The position numbers and the translations under genes were made by a program. 64,000 nt of DNA, from NCBI RefSeq assembly GCF_014359475.1, contig NZ_JACIZI010000022.1; one strand, given 5' to 3'. Of this stretch, positions 10,376 to 22,039 are shown one piece after another. The notes under the pieces are model-generated. The model worked only from the letters and a program-made list of their open reading frames with translations. It did no database searches and was not told the origin of the DNA. The stretch comes from Marinobacter sp. (GTDB lineage Bacteria > Pseudomonadota > Gammaproteobacteria > Pseudomonadales > Oleiphilaceae). Positions within the stretch are counted from its first letter, which is position 1. Each line of letters opens with the position of its first letter.

Positions 10376-12847
10376 GTGCCAGAAAATTTCATGATCAGAT
10401 CACCCGGAGCAAGTGAAGAAAAAGGCATGCCAAGACTGTCCGAGCGCCTGCAGCAGTTTCGTTCCGGGTCCCCCCTGTCCTTCCGGCTACTGGCTTATAT
10501 CCTGATATTCAGCTCCCTTTTCACCCTGGTGGCCTCGGCCATACAGATTTACAGCGATTTCCGCCGCGACCTGACGGCCGTTGAAAACCGCATGAAAGTG
10601 GTAGAGACCGGTTACGCTGCCAGCCTGGCTCGAAGTCTCTGGGCGCTGGACCAGCACCTGTTGCAAACCCAGATGGAGGGTATCCTCAGCCTGCCGGATA
10701 TTGTGCACCTGCGCCTGCGCATTCTGCCGGACTCGGAACTGGTCATGGGCAGCATCGAGAGGGGCATCCCGACACGCTCCCACTCCTTTGACCTGACCTA
10801 CAGCAGCAATCGCACTACCTCGAAACTGGGCACCATGACGATCACCACCAGCCTTGAACGGGTTTACAGTGACCTGGAGGATCGGGTGCTCATGGTGCTG
10901 ACGACCCAGTTTCTCAAGACCTTCTTCATTTCCATCCTGATTATCATGATCTTCCAGCACTTTGTAGCCAGGCACCTGACCACCATGGCCAACTATGCGC
11001 GGGAGCTGTCGATCCGCAATCTTTCGCGCCCACTGGTGCTTGACCGGCCAGACAACCAGATCAATCGCACCGACGAGCTGGCCAAAGTCACCGAGGCCAT
11101 CAATCAGATGCGGGAGCGGCTGAATGAAGACATTGTGCGCCAGGAACATGATGCGGAGGAAATCCGTAAGCTGTCCAAAGCCGTTGAGCAGAGTCCGTCC
11201 TCGGTGATGATCTGCGATCGCCAGTGGCGCATTGAGTTCGTCAATCATAAGTTTACGCAGCTAACCGGGTATCACACGGACGATATCACCGGAAAACACC
11301 CCGGAGCCCTCTCCAATGAACAGATCCAGAGCCGGGACAACAATCAGCTGTGGCAGGCCATCCGGCTGCAGGTGCAACGTGTCGGGGTCTGGCAGGGGGA
11401 GATCAACAGCATTCGCAAGAACGGCGAACGGTTCTGGGAACAGCTGATTGTCACACCCATCAGGAACAGCGCCGGCCGGGTTACCAACTATCTGATCCTG
11501 GGCGAGGATATCAGTATCCGTAAACGGTACGAGCAGCAGTTGCTGCGCCAGGCCAACTACGATGTGCTTACCGGCCTGCCGAACCGCATGCTGGCACTGG
11601 ATCGTCTCAAGCTGGCCCTGGCCCAGGCCCGCCGCGAGCGCAGCCTGGTGGGGGTAATGTTCCTCGACCTGGACAACTTCAAGCACATCAATGACACCAT
11701 GGGTCATGATGCCGGAGATGCCCTGCTCACAGAAGCTGCCCGCCGTATTTCCAGCTGCTTGCGGGGAACCAGTACCGTAGCCAGGTTGGGCGGGGACGAA
11801 TTCCTGGTGATTCTGCCCGGCCTGAGCAGCCCTGAAGCCGCCAGTCAGGTGGCCGAACGGATACTGCAGACCTTTGCACCACCTCACCGGCTGAATGACC
11901 AGGAGGTGTTCGTCACGACCAGCATCGGTATTGCCATCTTCCCCACCGACTCGGATAACAGTGGCAACCTGTTGCAGCATGCGGATGCGGCCATGTACCA
12001 GGCCAAGAACAAGGGCAAGAGCGCCTACGAACGATTCACCCCGGAAATGACCGAGGTATCCCATGAGCGCCTGCAGATGGAAACCCGCATGCGACGGGCG
12101 CTGGAGCTGGAAGAGTTTGAGCTGAACTTTCAGCCCATTGTCGACACTGCTACCGGCAAAATCCGCCTGGCGGAAGTATTGCTGCGCTGGAATAACCCCT
12201 CCATGGGTCGGATCATGCCGGACCGCTTCATTCCCCTCGCGGAGGAAACCGGCCTGATCATCCCGATCGGTGCCTGGGTGCTCCAGGAGGCCTGCAAGGC
12301 TGCGATTCACTGGGAGCAGAACCTCGGTGTGGCGCTGAATATTGCTGTCAATGTATCTCCCCGACAGTTCCGTGACCCAGGCTTTATCGAGGTGGTAATG
12401 GGTGCCCTGGAGCAGGCCGGACTCAAAGCAGACCGGCTGGAGCTGGAGATTACCGAGCGGCTGATCCTGGATAATTCCATTGAGACGGCCGACATTCTTA
12501 CCCAGTTGGACGCAGCCGGCATCCGCCTTTCCGTGGATGACTTCGGCACCGGTTATTCAGCCCTGAGCTACCTCAAGAGCTATCCGTTTGATACCCTGAA
12601 GATCGACAAGTCATTTATCGGAGATGTAGTTGAAAAACAGGACGATGCTGCTCTGGTCAGGGCAATCATCAACATGGCCCACAGCCTTGGTCTGACGGTG
12701 GTTGCCGAAGGTGTAGAAACGGAACCTCAAACCCAGTTCCTGGTGCGTCATGGATGTGACTATTCCCAGGGTTATTTCTACGCCCGGCCGGCTCCGGCTT
12801 TGGAATTCGAGCAGTGGCTCAAAACCAACGAACGGGCAACTCCCTGA
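10376..12847 (+). CDS. Membrane-anchored HAMP-PAS-GGDEF-EAL diguanylate cyclase/phosphodiesterase
   Basis: Two TM segments, HAMP-like region, PAS, RLGGDEF, EVLLRW and DDFGTGYS; start codon uncertain (GTG 10376 has an RBS). Confidence 0.92.
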   Translation: MPENFMIRSPGASEEKGMPRLSERLQQFRSGSPLSFRLLAYILIFSSLFTLVASAIQIYSDFRRDLTAVENRMKVVETGYAASLARSLWALDQHLLQTQMEGILSLPDIVHLRLRILPDSELVMGSIERGIPTRSHSFDLTYSSNRTTSKLGTMTITTSLERVYSDLEDRVLMVLTTQFLKTFFISILIIMIFQHFVARHLTTMANYARELSIRNLSRPLVLDRPDNQINRTDELAKVTEAINQMRERLNEDIVRQEHDAEEIRKLSKAVEQSPSSVMICDRQWRIEFVNHKFTQLTGYHTDDITGKHPGALSNEQIQSRDNNQLWQAIRLQVQRVGVWQGEINSIRKNGERFWEQLIVTPIRNSAGRVTNYLILGEDISIRKRYEQQLLRQANYDVLTGLPNRMLALDRLKLALAQARRERSLVGVMFLDLDNFKHINDTMGHDAGDALLTEAARRISSCLRGTSTVARLGGDEFLVILPGLSSPEAASQVAERILQTFAPPHRLNDQEVFVTTSIGIAIFPTDSDNSGNLLQHADAAMYQAKNKGKSAYERFTPEMTEVSHERLQMETRMRRALELEEFELNFQPIVDTATGKIRLAEVLLRWNNPSMGRIMPDRFIPLAEETGLIIPIGAWVLQEACKAAIHWEQNLGVALNIAVNVSPRQFRDPGFIEVVMGALEQAGLKADRLELEITERLILDNSIETADILTQLDAAGIRLSVDDFGTGYSALSYLKSYPFDTLKIDKSFIGDVVEKQDDAALVRAIINMAHSLGLTVVAEGVETEPQTQFLVRHGCDYSQGYFYARPAPALEFEQWLKTNERATP

Positions 12848-12885
12848 ATTGCCCGGTTACCCTACGCACCGGACAATTGACATTT

Positions 12886-14064
12886 ATGATACTGGTAATC
12901 AATTGCGGCAGCTCCTCCCTCAAACTGGCAGTATTCAATGAGCAACTTGAGAACACCGCCAGCGGGCTTGCCGAACGGCTCGGGCAGACAGACGCCACTG
13001 CCCGCTTCAAGGAACCGGATACGGAGGTAGCCCTGCCCGCCAGCGCTGATCACCAGCAGGCACTGGAAGCTATGGTGAACACCCTCAAATCGAGGGGCCT
13101 GCTGGATGGGACACCTCTGGCCATCGGACACCGTGTAGTGCACGGCGGAGAAACCTTTCGGGAGGCGGCGCTGATTAACGATGAGGTTCTGCGGGCCATT
13201 GAGGACTGCGCCAGCCTGGCCCCCCTTCACAATCCGGTGAACCTGACCGGCATACGGGCCACACGTGCCCTCTTTCCGGATGTTCCCCAGGTGGCGGTAT
13301 TCGACACCGCCTTTCATCATACGCTTCCGGAACAGGCCTACCGATATGCGCTTCCTGATCGTTTCTATCAGGAATGGGGGGTGCGTCGTTACGGTTTCCA
13401 CGGCACCAGCCACTATTTCATGCTGAATGAAACCGCGCGACTTCTGGGCCGGCCCCCGTCGACCATATCACTGATCTCGGCCCATCTGGGCAACGGCTGC
13501 AGCGTCACAGCAATCCGTGATGGCGAGAGTGTCGACACCAGCATGGGGCTCACCCCTCTGGAAGGACTGGTAATGGGCACCCGCAGTGGTGATGTGGACC
13601 CGGGGCTGTTCGACTTCCTGAGAAACAAGGGGGTTTCCGGAGAGGAAGTCCACCGCATACTCAACAACGAGAGCGGACTGCTGGGGCTCTCCGGAGAGTC
13701 CAACGACATGCGTATCCTGGAGAAACTGGCGGCTTCCGGTAACTCGCAGGCAGCACTGGCCATTGAGGTGTTCTGCTTCCGCCTGGCCCGCTATATCGGT
13801 GCCATGTGCGCCTCCCTCGACCGCCTGGATGCACTGGTATTTACCGGCGGCATTGGCGAGAACAGCACGCACGTGCGGGCCAGAACCCTCTCCCACCTGA
13901 AGCTGCTGGGCTTTACTCTGGACGATGCCCGCAACCGGGAGCATGGCCGCAACAGCCGTAACGAGATCAACCATAGCCACAGCCGCTTCCCGGTACTGGT
14001 GATTCCCACCAACGAAGAACGTGTCATCGCCGGTGAAGCCCTGAAAACCGCCAACTCCCAATGA
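12886..14064 (+). CDS. ackA: Acetate kinase
   Basis: MILVINCGSSSLK, GHRVVHGG, APLHNP, RRYGFHGTSH, DTSMGLTPLEG and PTNEE motifs. Confidence 0.96.
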   Translation: MILVINCGSSSLKLAVFNEQLENTASGLAERLGQTDATARFKEPDTEVALPASADHQQALEAMVNTLKSRGLLDGTPLAIGHRVVHGGETFREAALINDEVLRAIEDCASLAPLHNPVNLTGIRATRALFPDVPQVAVFDTAFHHTLPEQAYRYALPDRFYQEWGVRRYGFHGTSHYFMLNETARLLGRPPSTISLISAHLGNGCSVTAIRDGESVDTSMGLTPLEGLVMGTRSGDVDPGLFDFLRNKGVSGEEVHRILNNESGLLGLSGESNDMRILEKLAASGNSQAALAIEVFCFRLARYIGAMCASLDRLDALVFTGGIGENSTHVRARTLSHLKLLGFTLDDARNREHGRNSRNEINHSHSRFPVLVIPTNEERVIAGEALKTANSQ

Positions 14065-14086
14065 ACCGACTGATCAAGGATCTTAC

Positions 14087-16240
14087 ATGGCCAAGAGCCT
14101 GTTTATAGCCCCCACTGCTATTAACTCCGGCCTGACCAGCGTCTGCCTGGGCCTGCTGCGGGCACTGGAAACCGAAGGTATCAGTGTCGGATTCTACAAG
14201 CCCTTCTGCCAGTCCGCTCACCAGGGGGGAAAACAGCATATTGATAACCGTGACACATCGGTGGCATTTCTGCGCGCCCGCAGCCACCTGGAACCACCCG
14301 AGCCCATGCCCCTGCGGGAGGCCCAGCATCTGCTCAACAAGGGCAAGGCCGGCGAACTGATGGAGACAGTGGTAGGGGAATACCAGAAGGTAGCCAACAC
14401 CGTCGATGTGGTGATTATCGAGGGGCTTGTACCGGATCAGAGCGAAACCTATATCGGCCGCCTGAATGTGGAGGTCGCCCGCAATCTGGGATCTGAAGTG
14501 ATACTGGTCAGCACCCCCCAGGGCCGCAGCGCCGAGGCCCTGGATGAGGAGCTGGACTTTGTCGCCCGGCTGTTCCAGAGTTCTCTCGACCCGGATGTGA
14601 CCGGGGTGATCCTCAACAAGGTAGGCGAGCCCCCCCATTCCGGGTTGTCACCCCGGGTCAACGCCGAGACGGAAGAGCCTGAGGAAGCTTACGCGACCGC
14701 CTGCAAGGTATTTGCGGAACAACGCTTTCGGCTACTGGGCATGGTGCCCTGGCAACCGGAACTGCTGGCACCCAGGGTGTCCGACATTGCCCGGGAACTG
14801 GACACCAGAGTTCTCAACGAAGGCAATATGAAAGAACGCCGGGTTCACAAAGTCACGGTCAGTGCCAGAACCCTTCGCAATATGGTCCATACCCTGCGGC
14901 CCGGCAGCCTGATCGTAACCCCCGGAGACCGGGAAGATATCATGGTGGCGACCGCCGTGGCGGCCCTCAACAGTGTCCCCCTGGCAGGCCTGATGCTGAC
15001 CGGCGGCCTGATGCCGGATCAGAACGTAGTGCAACTGTGCAGCCGCGCTCTGGCCACCGGCCTGCCGGTTCTCAGTACCGATACCAATACCTATGAAACC
15101 GCCCATCGGCTGGCCAACCTGTCAACGGCTATTCCCATAGATGATCCCGATCGCATTGAAAAAGCCATGGAGTCAGTGGCAAACAACCTGGACACCACCT
15201 GGCTTCGCAAACACCTCAGTGTGGACCGCCAGAGCCGGCTTTCGCCGCCGGCCTTCCGCTATCAGCTTTCCGAAAGAGCCCGGGCGGCCAACAAACGGAT
15301 TGTACTTCCGGAAGGTAACGAGCCCCGCACGGTGCATGCCGCTATTATCTGCCACAATCGCAAACTTGCTCGTTGCGTACTGCTGGGCAACCGGGAAGAG
15401 ATCGCGGATGTGGCCGCCTCCCAGGGGCAACAGCTTCCGGATGACCTGGAGATTGTCGACCCCGCAGAGGTTCGGGAACGCTATATCCAGCCCATGGTGG
15501 AGCTTCGCAAACACAAGGGGCTGGCACCGGACATGGCCGCAGCCATGCTCGAAGACAATGTGGTGCTGGGTACCATGATGGTGGCCCTGGACGAGGCGGA
15601 TGGGCTGGTATCCGGTGCCGTGCACACTACCGCCAATACCGTGCGCCCAGCGCTGCAACTGATCAAGACTCACGACGAGGCAAAAGTCGTTTCCTCTGTG
15701 TTTTTCATGTTGCTGCCCCAACAGGTACTGGTCTACGGCGATTGCGCTATCAACCCTGACCCCGATGCCGAAGAGCTCGCGGATATTGCCATCCAGAGTG
15801 CAGACTCCGCAGCCGCCTTCGGTGTGGAGCCGGTGGTGGCCATGATCAGTTACAGCACCGGTGAATCCGGCAGCGGACAGGATGTTGACAAGGTAAGGGA
15901 AGCGACCCGCATTGCCCGGGAACGCCGACCGGACCTGGCCATCGACGGACCCCTGCAATACGATGCGGCAGCCATCGAGAGCGTGGCAAAAAGCAAGGCA
16001 CCGGACAGCAAGGTGGCCGGTCGGGCCACGGTGTTTATCTTCCCGGATCTGAATACCGGCAATACCACCTACAAGGCGGTACAGCGCAGCGCCAACGTAG
16101 TGAGCATTGGCCCCATGCTGCAGGGACTGCGTAAGCCGGTGAACGACCTGTCTCGCGGGGCCCTGGTGGAAGACATCGTCTTCACCATTGCCCTGACCGC
16201 GGTACAGGCAAAACAGGTGGAGGACGCTGGCCTGACCTGA
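14087..16240 (+). CDS. pta: Phosphate acetyltransferase (long form with AAA_26/DRTGG domains)
   Basis: 717 aa; TPGDREDI, DCAINP, FPDLNTGNTTYKAVQR and DLSRG motifs. Confidence 0.96.
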   Translation: MAKSLFIAPTAINSGLTSVCLGLLRALETEGISVGFYKPFCQSAHQGGKQHIDNRDTSVAFLRARSHLEPPEPMPLREAQHLLNKGKAGELMETVVGEYQKVANTVDVVIIEGLVPDQSETYIGRLNVEVARNLGSEVILVSTPQGRSAEALDEELDFVARLFQSSLDPDVTGVILNKVGEPPHSGLSPRVNAETEEPEEAYATACKVFAEQRFRLLGMVPWQPELLAPRVSDIARELDTRVLNEGNMKERRVHKVTVSARTLRNMVHTLRPGSLIVTPGDREDIMVATAVAALNSVPLAGLMLTGGLMPDQNVVQLCSRALATGLPVLSTDTNTYETAHRLANLSTAIPIDDPDRIEKAMESVANNLDTTWLRKHLSVDRQSRLSPPAFRYQLSERARAANKRIVLPEGNEPRTVHAAIICHNRKLARCVLLGNREEIADVAASQGQQLPDDLEIVDPAEVRERYIQPMVELRKHKGLAPDMAAAMLEDNVVLGTMMVALDEADGLVSGAVHTTANTVRPALQLIKTHDEAKVVSSVFFMLLPQQVLVYGDCAINPDPDAEELADIAIQSADSAAAFGVEPVVAMISYSTGESGSGQDVDKVREATRIARERRPDLAIDGPLQYDAAAIESVAKSKAPDSKVAGRATVFIFPDLNTGNTTYKAVQRSANVVSIGPMLQGLRKPVNDLSRGALVEDIVFTIALTAVQAKQVEDAGLT

Positions 16241-16247
16241 AAGCTGC

Positions 16248-17678
16248 TCAGCGTTTGGTGCTTTTCTGGCGGGTTTTCTTCACCCGCCGGCCTTTCTTGA
16301 GGTCATCGTCCTTCTTGACCTTCTGGCGGGGAGTCAACCGGGGACCCGCCTTCGCACGCTCTGCAAACGGGTTCTCGCCGGAACGGAACTCGAAGCGGAT
16401 CGGTGAGCCGTTCACCTGAAGCACCTTGCGAAACGTGTTTTCCAGATAGCGCTTATAAGCTCCCGGCAGCGCATCGGTCTGGTTGCCGTGCACCACAATG
16501 ACCGGTGGATTGGAGCCGCCCTGGTGCGCATAGCGCAGCTTTATGCGCCGGCCCTGCACCAGCGGCGGTTGATGCTGAACCACCGCATCCTGCAGAATGG
16601 CGGTCAGGCGATTGGTGGGCCACTTGGCCATCGCCGACTCATAACAGTCCCGGATGGATTCATACAGAACCCCGACTCCGGAACCATGCAGCGCCGAGAT
16701 GTAGTGTTTGTCGGCGTAGTCCAGGAAATCCAGCCGGCGGTAGACCTGTTCTTTCACCCGGGCCTTGTCTTCGGGGTCCATGCCATCCCATTTGTTGACC
16801 GCAATCACCAGTGACCGACCGGCATCCAATACGAAGCCGATCAGGTGCAGATCCTGGTCCACCAGGCCTTCCCGGGCATCAATCACCAATATCACCACAT
16901 GAGCATCGTCAACGGCCTGCAGCGTCTTGATGATGGAGAACTTCTCAACCACTTCCCGGACGTTCTTGCGGCGGCGCACACCCGCAGTATCGATCAGGGT
17001 GTACTGCTCTCCCTGTCGCTCATAGGGAATGTACACCGAATCACGGGTGGTACCTGGCATATCGTAGACCACCACCCGGTCCTCTCCGAGCAAGCGGTTC
17101 ACCAGGGTGGATTTGCCCACATTGGGCCTGCCAACCACGCTGATACGGATGCCGGGATAGCGGTCTGCCTTATCTTCCTCACTCTCCTCGCCGGCCTCCG
17201 GCAACAGCAGCTCCAGCATGGAACGGATGCCCCGGTTGTGGGCTGCCGCTATCTGGAAAGGCGCCTCGAACCCCAGGGAATGGAAGTCCGCCGCCGCCAC
17301 ATCCGGATCCTGTCCATCGGTCTTGTTGACCACCAGATGAGCGCGCTTGCCGGTGCGACGCAGGTGATCGGCTATCACCTCGTCCCCTGCGGTAAGACCG
17401 GCCCTGCCATCCACCAGGAACAGTACGATGTCCGCCTCTTCCACCGCCTGCCGGGAGTGGCGGGCCATTTCCGCGTCCAGGCCCTCCTCGTCACCGGTCA
17501 GGCCACCGGTATCAATGACAATAAAGCGCTGGCCTTCATACCGGCCCTCACCATACTTACGGTCTCGGGTCAGACCGGGAAAATCGGCCACCAGCGCGTC
17601 CCGGCTGCGGGTCATCTGGTTGAACAGCGTGGATTTGCCGACGTTAGGCCGGCCGACAAGGGCAATTACAGGGATCAT
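16248..17678 (-). CDS. der: Ribosome biogenesis GTPase Der
   Basis: Two GRPNVGKS P-loops and C-terminal KH-like domain. Confidence 0.97.
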   Translation of the reverse strand: MIPVIALVGRPNVGKSTLFNQMTRSRDALVADFPGLTRDRKYGEGRYEGQRFIVIDTGGLTGDEEGLDAEMARHSRQAVEEADIVLFLVDGRAGLTAGDEVIADHLRRTGKRAHLVVNKTDGQDPDVAAADFHSLGFEAPFQIAAAHNRGIRSMLELLLPEAGEESEEDKADRYPGIRISVVGRPNVGKSTLVNRLLGEDRVVVYDMPGTTRDSVYIPYERQGEQYTLIDTAGVRRRKNVREVVEKFSIIKTLQAVDDAHVVILVIDAREGLVDQDLHLIGFVLDAGRSLVIAVNKWDGMDPEDKARVKEQVYRRLDFLDYADKHYISALHGSGVGVLYESIRDCYESAMAKWPTNRLTAILQDAVVQHQPPLVQGRRIKLRYAHQGGSNPPVIVVHGNQTDALPGAYKRYLENTFRKVLQVNGSPIRFEFRSGENPFAERAKAGPRLTPRQKVKKDDDLKKGRRVKKTRQKSTKR

Positions 17679-17683
17679 ATAGG

Positions 17684-18841
17684 TCAGTCGCGTTGCCTGA
17701 GTTCATAGGCCGCCATGCGACCACCGTTTCCGAATACCAGAATACTGCCGTCCTGCAGGCGCTGAAAAGGCACCCGCAGGCCCTCATCATCAAAGTGAAG
17801 CTGGCCCTGCAAAGCCCCATCCTGCTGGGACAGGATATGGATATAACCTTCAAAGTCACCCACCAGCAAATAATCATCCACCGCCATGGGTGCGGTTGGC
17901 TGGCGCCAGGCGAGCGCATCCTGCCTCCAGAGCTCCCGACGGTCCTGCCCCCGATAGGCACGAATTTCTCCATTGAAGCGTGCAATATAGATATTCCCCT
18001 GACCCAGGGCCGGAGGATGAAGACTGGAAACACCTGGCCGGTTCCAGATTTCCTGCCCGTTACGCAGATCCACCATCGCCAGCTTGCCCTGATAACCAAC
18101 CACCAGTGCCGCCGTATCCAGTACCAGTGGTTCGGCTGCCACGTCCACCAACCGCTCCAGTTCCGTGCGCCCCTCGGGGACACCAACCTGATACTGCCAT
18201 ACAGGCAGCCCTGTCACCGCACTGAGGGCAATTACCCGTCCGCTGGCCAGACTGACCAGCACCGCATCAGAGGCAACCAACGGGGGGGCTGCTGCGCGCA
18301 GCGTCAACACCGGCACCGAACCGTCATATTGCCACACCTTTTTGCCCGTCTTCGCATCGAAGGCCAGCACCGTGCCGGCAATGGTCTGGGCAACCACCAA
18401 TTCACCGTTAGTGCCCGGGCGTGCAATCACTTCGTTGGGCAACACCGTTTCCCAGAGCTTCTCTCCGTTGTCGCGGCTATAGGCCTGTAAACGGGCGTTG
18501 CGGGTCACCAGATACAAATGCCTGGAATCACCGGCAAGCCCCGCCATTACATTGACATCAAGAGCTCTTTTCCAGCGGGCCTTGCCGTTTGTCGCATTAA
18601 CCGCGACCATTCTGCCGTTCGCGGACACCGCATAAATCGTCTCGCTGGTGCTCAGCGGCTGCAGGTACAGTAACTGATCGTCGTGCCCGTCACCTACTCT
18701 GATCTTCCAGCGCTCTTTGAGATCCACCGTCGAAACCACTTTCGGCACCGGTGCCGGCTCTTCAAACGGCTCGTTGGAACTGCAGCCAGCCAGCAGCGCA
18801 ACCAGCGGCAATGCTGCAAGCAGCGCACGAATCGGTCCCAT
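17684..18841 (-). CDS. bamB: Outer membrane assembly lipoprotein BamB
   Basis: Lipobox LAGC; PQQ-like propeller repeats; located between yfgM and der. Confidence 0.93.
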   Translation of the reverse strand: MGPIRALLAALPLVALLAGCSSNEPFEEPAPVPKVVSTVDLKERWKIRVGDGHDDQLLYLQPLSTSETIYAVSANGRMVAVNATNGKARWKRALDVNVMAGLAGDSRHLYLVTRNARLQAYSRDNGEKLWETVLPNEVIARPGTNGELVVAQTIAGTVLAFDAKTGKKVWQYDGSVPVLTLRAAAPPLVASDAVLVSLASGRVIALSAVTGLPVWQYQVGVPEGRTELERLVDVAAEPLVLDTAALVVGYQGKLAMVDLRNGQEIWNRPGVSSLHPPALGQGNIYIARFNGEIRAYRGQDRRELWRQDALAWRQPTAPMAVDDYLLVGDFEGYIHILSQQDGALQGQLHFDDEGLRVPFQRLQDGSILVFGNGGRMAAYELRQRD

Positions 18842-19500
18842 CAGGCCTCCTCTCCGACACCGAGGTCTGCAAGTTTGAGCTCAAGGATACCCACACGCTG
18901 ATCCAGCCCGGTGGCCGCACGGGCCGCCAGATAGGCTTCGCGGGCACCGTCTGTATCACCATTGGCGAGCAGGATATCACCACGCAGTTCCTGGAAGATT
19001 GCAGTGAAACTGCCGGTCTCACCCGCCTGGTCCAGAGTTGCCAGTGCACTTGCATAGTCTTCTGCGGCGAACTGTGCGCGGGCCAACCGGCTCAATACGA
19101 TCAGGCGCAGTGGATGTTCCCTGGCGGTCTTTTTCAGTGCCCATTTCAGGCTGTCTGACGCGGCCGCTGCATCCTGTTGCTCCATCAGCTGATAACGGGC
19201 AAGAATCAGGGTTCCGTAGATCGCATAGGCACTGTCACCAAATTCCTCGCGCAACTGAGTAGCAAGGAAGTTGATGGTTTCGCCTTTGTCTTTGGCATCT
19301 TCCGAGGTAAACGTATTCAGCAGATTACCGAACTGGTTGGCAGCCTCGGTGCGCTGCTGCGCCTGATGGTTCTGCCAGGCCTGCCAGCCGAACACGATGG
19401 CCAGAGCAACGGCAATGCCGGTCAACAGCGAGCCCCCGTTCTTTTTCCACCAGTTCTTGATCGCCTCGACCTGTTCCTCTTCGGTACGCATTTCCGCCAT
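18841..19500 (-). CDS. yfgM: YfgM family TPR membrane protein
   Basis: TEEEQVEAIKNWWKKNG, one TM segment, TPR helices. Confidence 0.93.
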   Translation of the reverse strand: MAEMRTEEEQVEAIKNWWKKNGGSLLTGIAVALAIVFGWQAWQNHQAQQRTEAANQFGNLLNTFTSEDAKDKGETINFLATQLREEFGDSAYAIYGTLILARYQLMEQQDAAAASDSLKWALKKTAREHPLRLIVLSRLARAQFAAEDYASALATLDQAGETGSFTAIFQELRGDILLANGDTDGAREAYLAARAATGLDQRVGILELKLADLGVGEEA

Positions 19501-19547
19501 GGATGACTCCTGAAATTCGTTATTGTGGGATTATTCAATCTGTCGTG

Positions 19548-20831
19548 TTATTCGTTGCCGAAACGGCTGCGCAGAAGTGCCGGCAGCTCCCGCCAGGCCA
19601 CTTCCTGCTGGTCTTCACCGGAACGCAGGGGCTTGAGGGACACAGTACCACTGGCCACCTCGTTTTCACCGAGGATCAGCGCATATTCTGCACCACTGCG
19701 GTCGGCTTTTTTCATCTGGCTCTTGAAACTGCCGCCGCCACAGTGGGTTATCACAACCCGTCCCGGTAATGCCTCACGAAGCATTTCCGCCAGCCGGAAC
19801 GCGGACGCGGCGGTGCCCTCACCCATGGCCGCAACGTAGATATGCGCATTGCCATTAACGGATTCCGGTACCAGGTCCAGGGTTTCCAGCAGCAGGATCA
19901 ACCGCTCAAGCCCCATGGCAAAGCCCACGGCAAACGTTGGTTTGCCTCCAAGCTGTTCGACCAGTCCGTCGTAACGGCCACCGGCACAGACGGTGCCCTG
20001 GGCTCCCAGACTGTCCGTTACCCATTCGAAAACCGTTTTGCCATAGTAATCCAGTCCCCGCACCAGCCGCGGATTAACCGTATAGTCAATACCCGCCGCA
20101 TCCAGCAGGCTGCGCAGCTGGGTGAAGTGCTGAATGGATTCCTCATCGAGGTAGTCCGCCAGCGAAGGTGCACCTTCCAGTACCTTGCGGGTGCTTTCTG
20201 CCTTGCTGTCCAGAATACGCAAAGGATTAGTCTCAAGGCGGCGCAGGCTGTCCTTGTCGAGTTGGTCGCGGTAGCCGGAAAGGTAACTGACGAGCGCATC
20301 CCGGTACTGTTTTCGGGCGGTCGAAGTACCAATGGAATTGAGCTCCAGGCGGGTGTGCCCTTCGAGCCCGAGTTCCTTCCATAACCGGGCAGTGAGCATC
20401 AGCAGTTCCGCATCAATATCCGGCCCCGCCATTCCGAAACATTCCACGCCAATCTGGTGGAATTGCCGGTAACGCCCCTTCTGGGGCCGCTCGTGGCGGA
20501 ACATCGGGCCGCTGTACCACAGGCGGCGGGTCTGGTTAAACAGCAGACCATGCTCCTCTGCTGCGCGCACGCAGCCGGCGGTGCCCTCTGGCCGCAGGGT
20601 CAGGCTGTCACCATTGCGGTCTTCGAAGGTGTACATCTCCTTCTCGACAATATCGGTGACTTCACCAATAGAACGTTTGAACAGGTCGGTCTGCTCTACC
20701 ACCGGCATGCGGATTTCCTGGTAACCGTAGCTGCCGAGAATCCGGCGCGCTGCACCTTCTACATACTGCCAAACGGGCGTTTGCTCGGGCAGGATGTCAT
20801 TCATCCCGCGAATCGCCTGAATCTTAGCCAA
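19548..20831 (-). CDS. hisS: Histidine--tRNA ligase
   Basis: TTG start; [22 protein letters not shown] and GGRYD motifs. Confidence 0.97.
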   Translation of the reverse strand: MAKIQAIRGMNDILPEQTPVWQYVEGAARRILGSYGYQEIRMPVVEQTDLFKRSIGEVTDIVEKEMYTFEDRNGDSLTLRPEGTAGCVRAAEEHGLLFNQTRRLWYSGPMFRHERPQKGRYRQFHQIGVECFGMAGPDIDAELLMLTARLWKELGLEGHTRLELNSIGTSTARKQYRDALVSYLSGYRDQLDKDSLRRLETNPLRILDSKAESTRKVLEGAPSLADYLDEESIQHFTQLRSLLDAAGIDYTVNPRLVRGLDYYGKTVFEWVTDSLGAQGTVCAGGRYDGLVEQLGGKPTFAVGFAMGLERLILLLETLDLVPESVNGNAHIYVAAMGEGTAASAFRLAEMLREALPGRVVITHCGGGSFKSQMKKADRSGAEYALILGENEVASGTVSLKPLRSGEDQQEVAWRELPALLRSRFGNE

Positions 20832-20883
20832 GTTGAATCCTTACTGTACTGTCTGGTTTGCGAAGCGGTGCCGGCCCTCGAGG

Positions 20884-22002
20884 TCATTCCTCTGAACGGG
20901 CAATAATACTTTCTTCGCGCTCCCGGCGCCTTGCCGCTTCCTCGCGAATCAGGCGTTCCAGGTTATCGGTGAGATTTTCCTGCTCCAGTTTCTGACTGGG
21001 CTTGCCATTCATATAGAACAGGTTTTTCGGGGTACCACCGGTCAGCCCCAGATCCGCGACCTTGGCTTCGCCGGGACCGTTGACAATACAGCCGATAATG
21101 GCCACATCCATATCGGTGTTGACATCCTCGAGTCGTGCCTCGAGGTCGTTCATGGTCTGTATGACATCAAAGTTCTGACGGGAGCAGCTCGGACAGGCAA
21201 CGAAGTTGATTCCCCGGCTGCGCAGACGCAGGCTCTTGAGGATGTCGAACCCTACCTTGATCTCCTGCACAGGGTCTGCGGCCAGGGAGACCCGGATCGT
21301 GTCGCCGATACCGTCCATCAGTAACATGCCAAGGCCAATAGAGGACTTCACGGTACCGGACCGGAAGCCACCGGCTTCAGTGATACCCAGATGCAGGGGC
21401 TGCTCGATCTGCGAGGCAATGCTGCGGTACGCATCAACCGTCATAAAGACTTCGGAAGCCTTGAGGCTGACCTTGAAATCCCGGAAATCATGACGGTCCA
21501 GAATATCGATGTGGCGCATGGCGGACTCCACCAGGGCTTCCGCTGTCGGCTCGCCGTACTTGCGCTGCAGACTCTTTTCCAGCGAGCCGGCGTTCACCCC
21601 GATGCGAATGGGGATATTGCCGTCCCGGGCCGCACTGATCACGGCGTTCACCCGATCATCACGGCCAATATTCCCCGGGTTGATGCGCAGGCAATCCACA
21701 CCGAGTTCTGCCACCCTCAAAGCAATCTTGTAATCGAAATGAATATCCGCCACCAGCGGCACATCTACCCTGGAGCGGATTCGCCCAAAGGCATCGGCCG
21801 CTTCCATACTGGGTACCGAGACACGTACGATATCCGCGCCTGCCTGTTCCAGTGCACGGATCTGCCCTACCGTGGCTTCCACATCACAGGTGTTGGTATT
21901 GGTCATACTCTGCACCGCAATGGGGGCATCGCCACCCACCGGCACCTTGCCTACCATTATCTGGCGGGACTTGCGTCTTTTGATCGGTGATTCGTGTTTC
22001 AT
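20884..22002 (-). CDS. ispG: 4-hydroxy-3-methylbut-2-enyl diphosphate synthase
   Basis: ATG at 22002; VQSMTNT, ADIHF, RINPGN, CPSCSR and GCIVNGPGE motifs. Confidence 0.97.
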   Translation of the reverse strand: MKHESPIKRRKSRQIMVGKVPVGGDAPIAVQSMTNTNTCDVEATVGQIRALEQAGADIVRVSVPSMEAADAFGRIRSRVDVPLVADIHFDYKIALRVAELGVDCLRINPGNIGRDDRVNAVISAARDGNIPIRIGVNAGSLEKSLQRKYGEPTAEALVESAMRHIDILDRHDFRDFKVSLKASEVFMTVDAYRSIASQIEQPLHLGITEAGGFRSGTVKSSIGLGMLLMDGIGDTIRVSLAADPVQEIKVGFDILKSLRLRSRGINFVACPSCSRQNFDVIQTMNDLEARLEDVNTDMDVAIIGCIVNGPGEAKVADLGLTGGTPKNLFYMNGKPSQKLEQENLTDNLERLIREEAARRREREESIIARSEE

Positions 22003-22039
22003 GGTTTTTAGCCGGTATCTCGTTGGCTCGGAAAAACGA

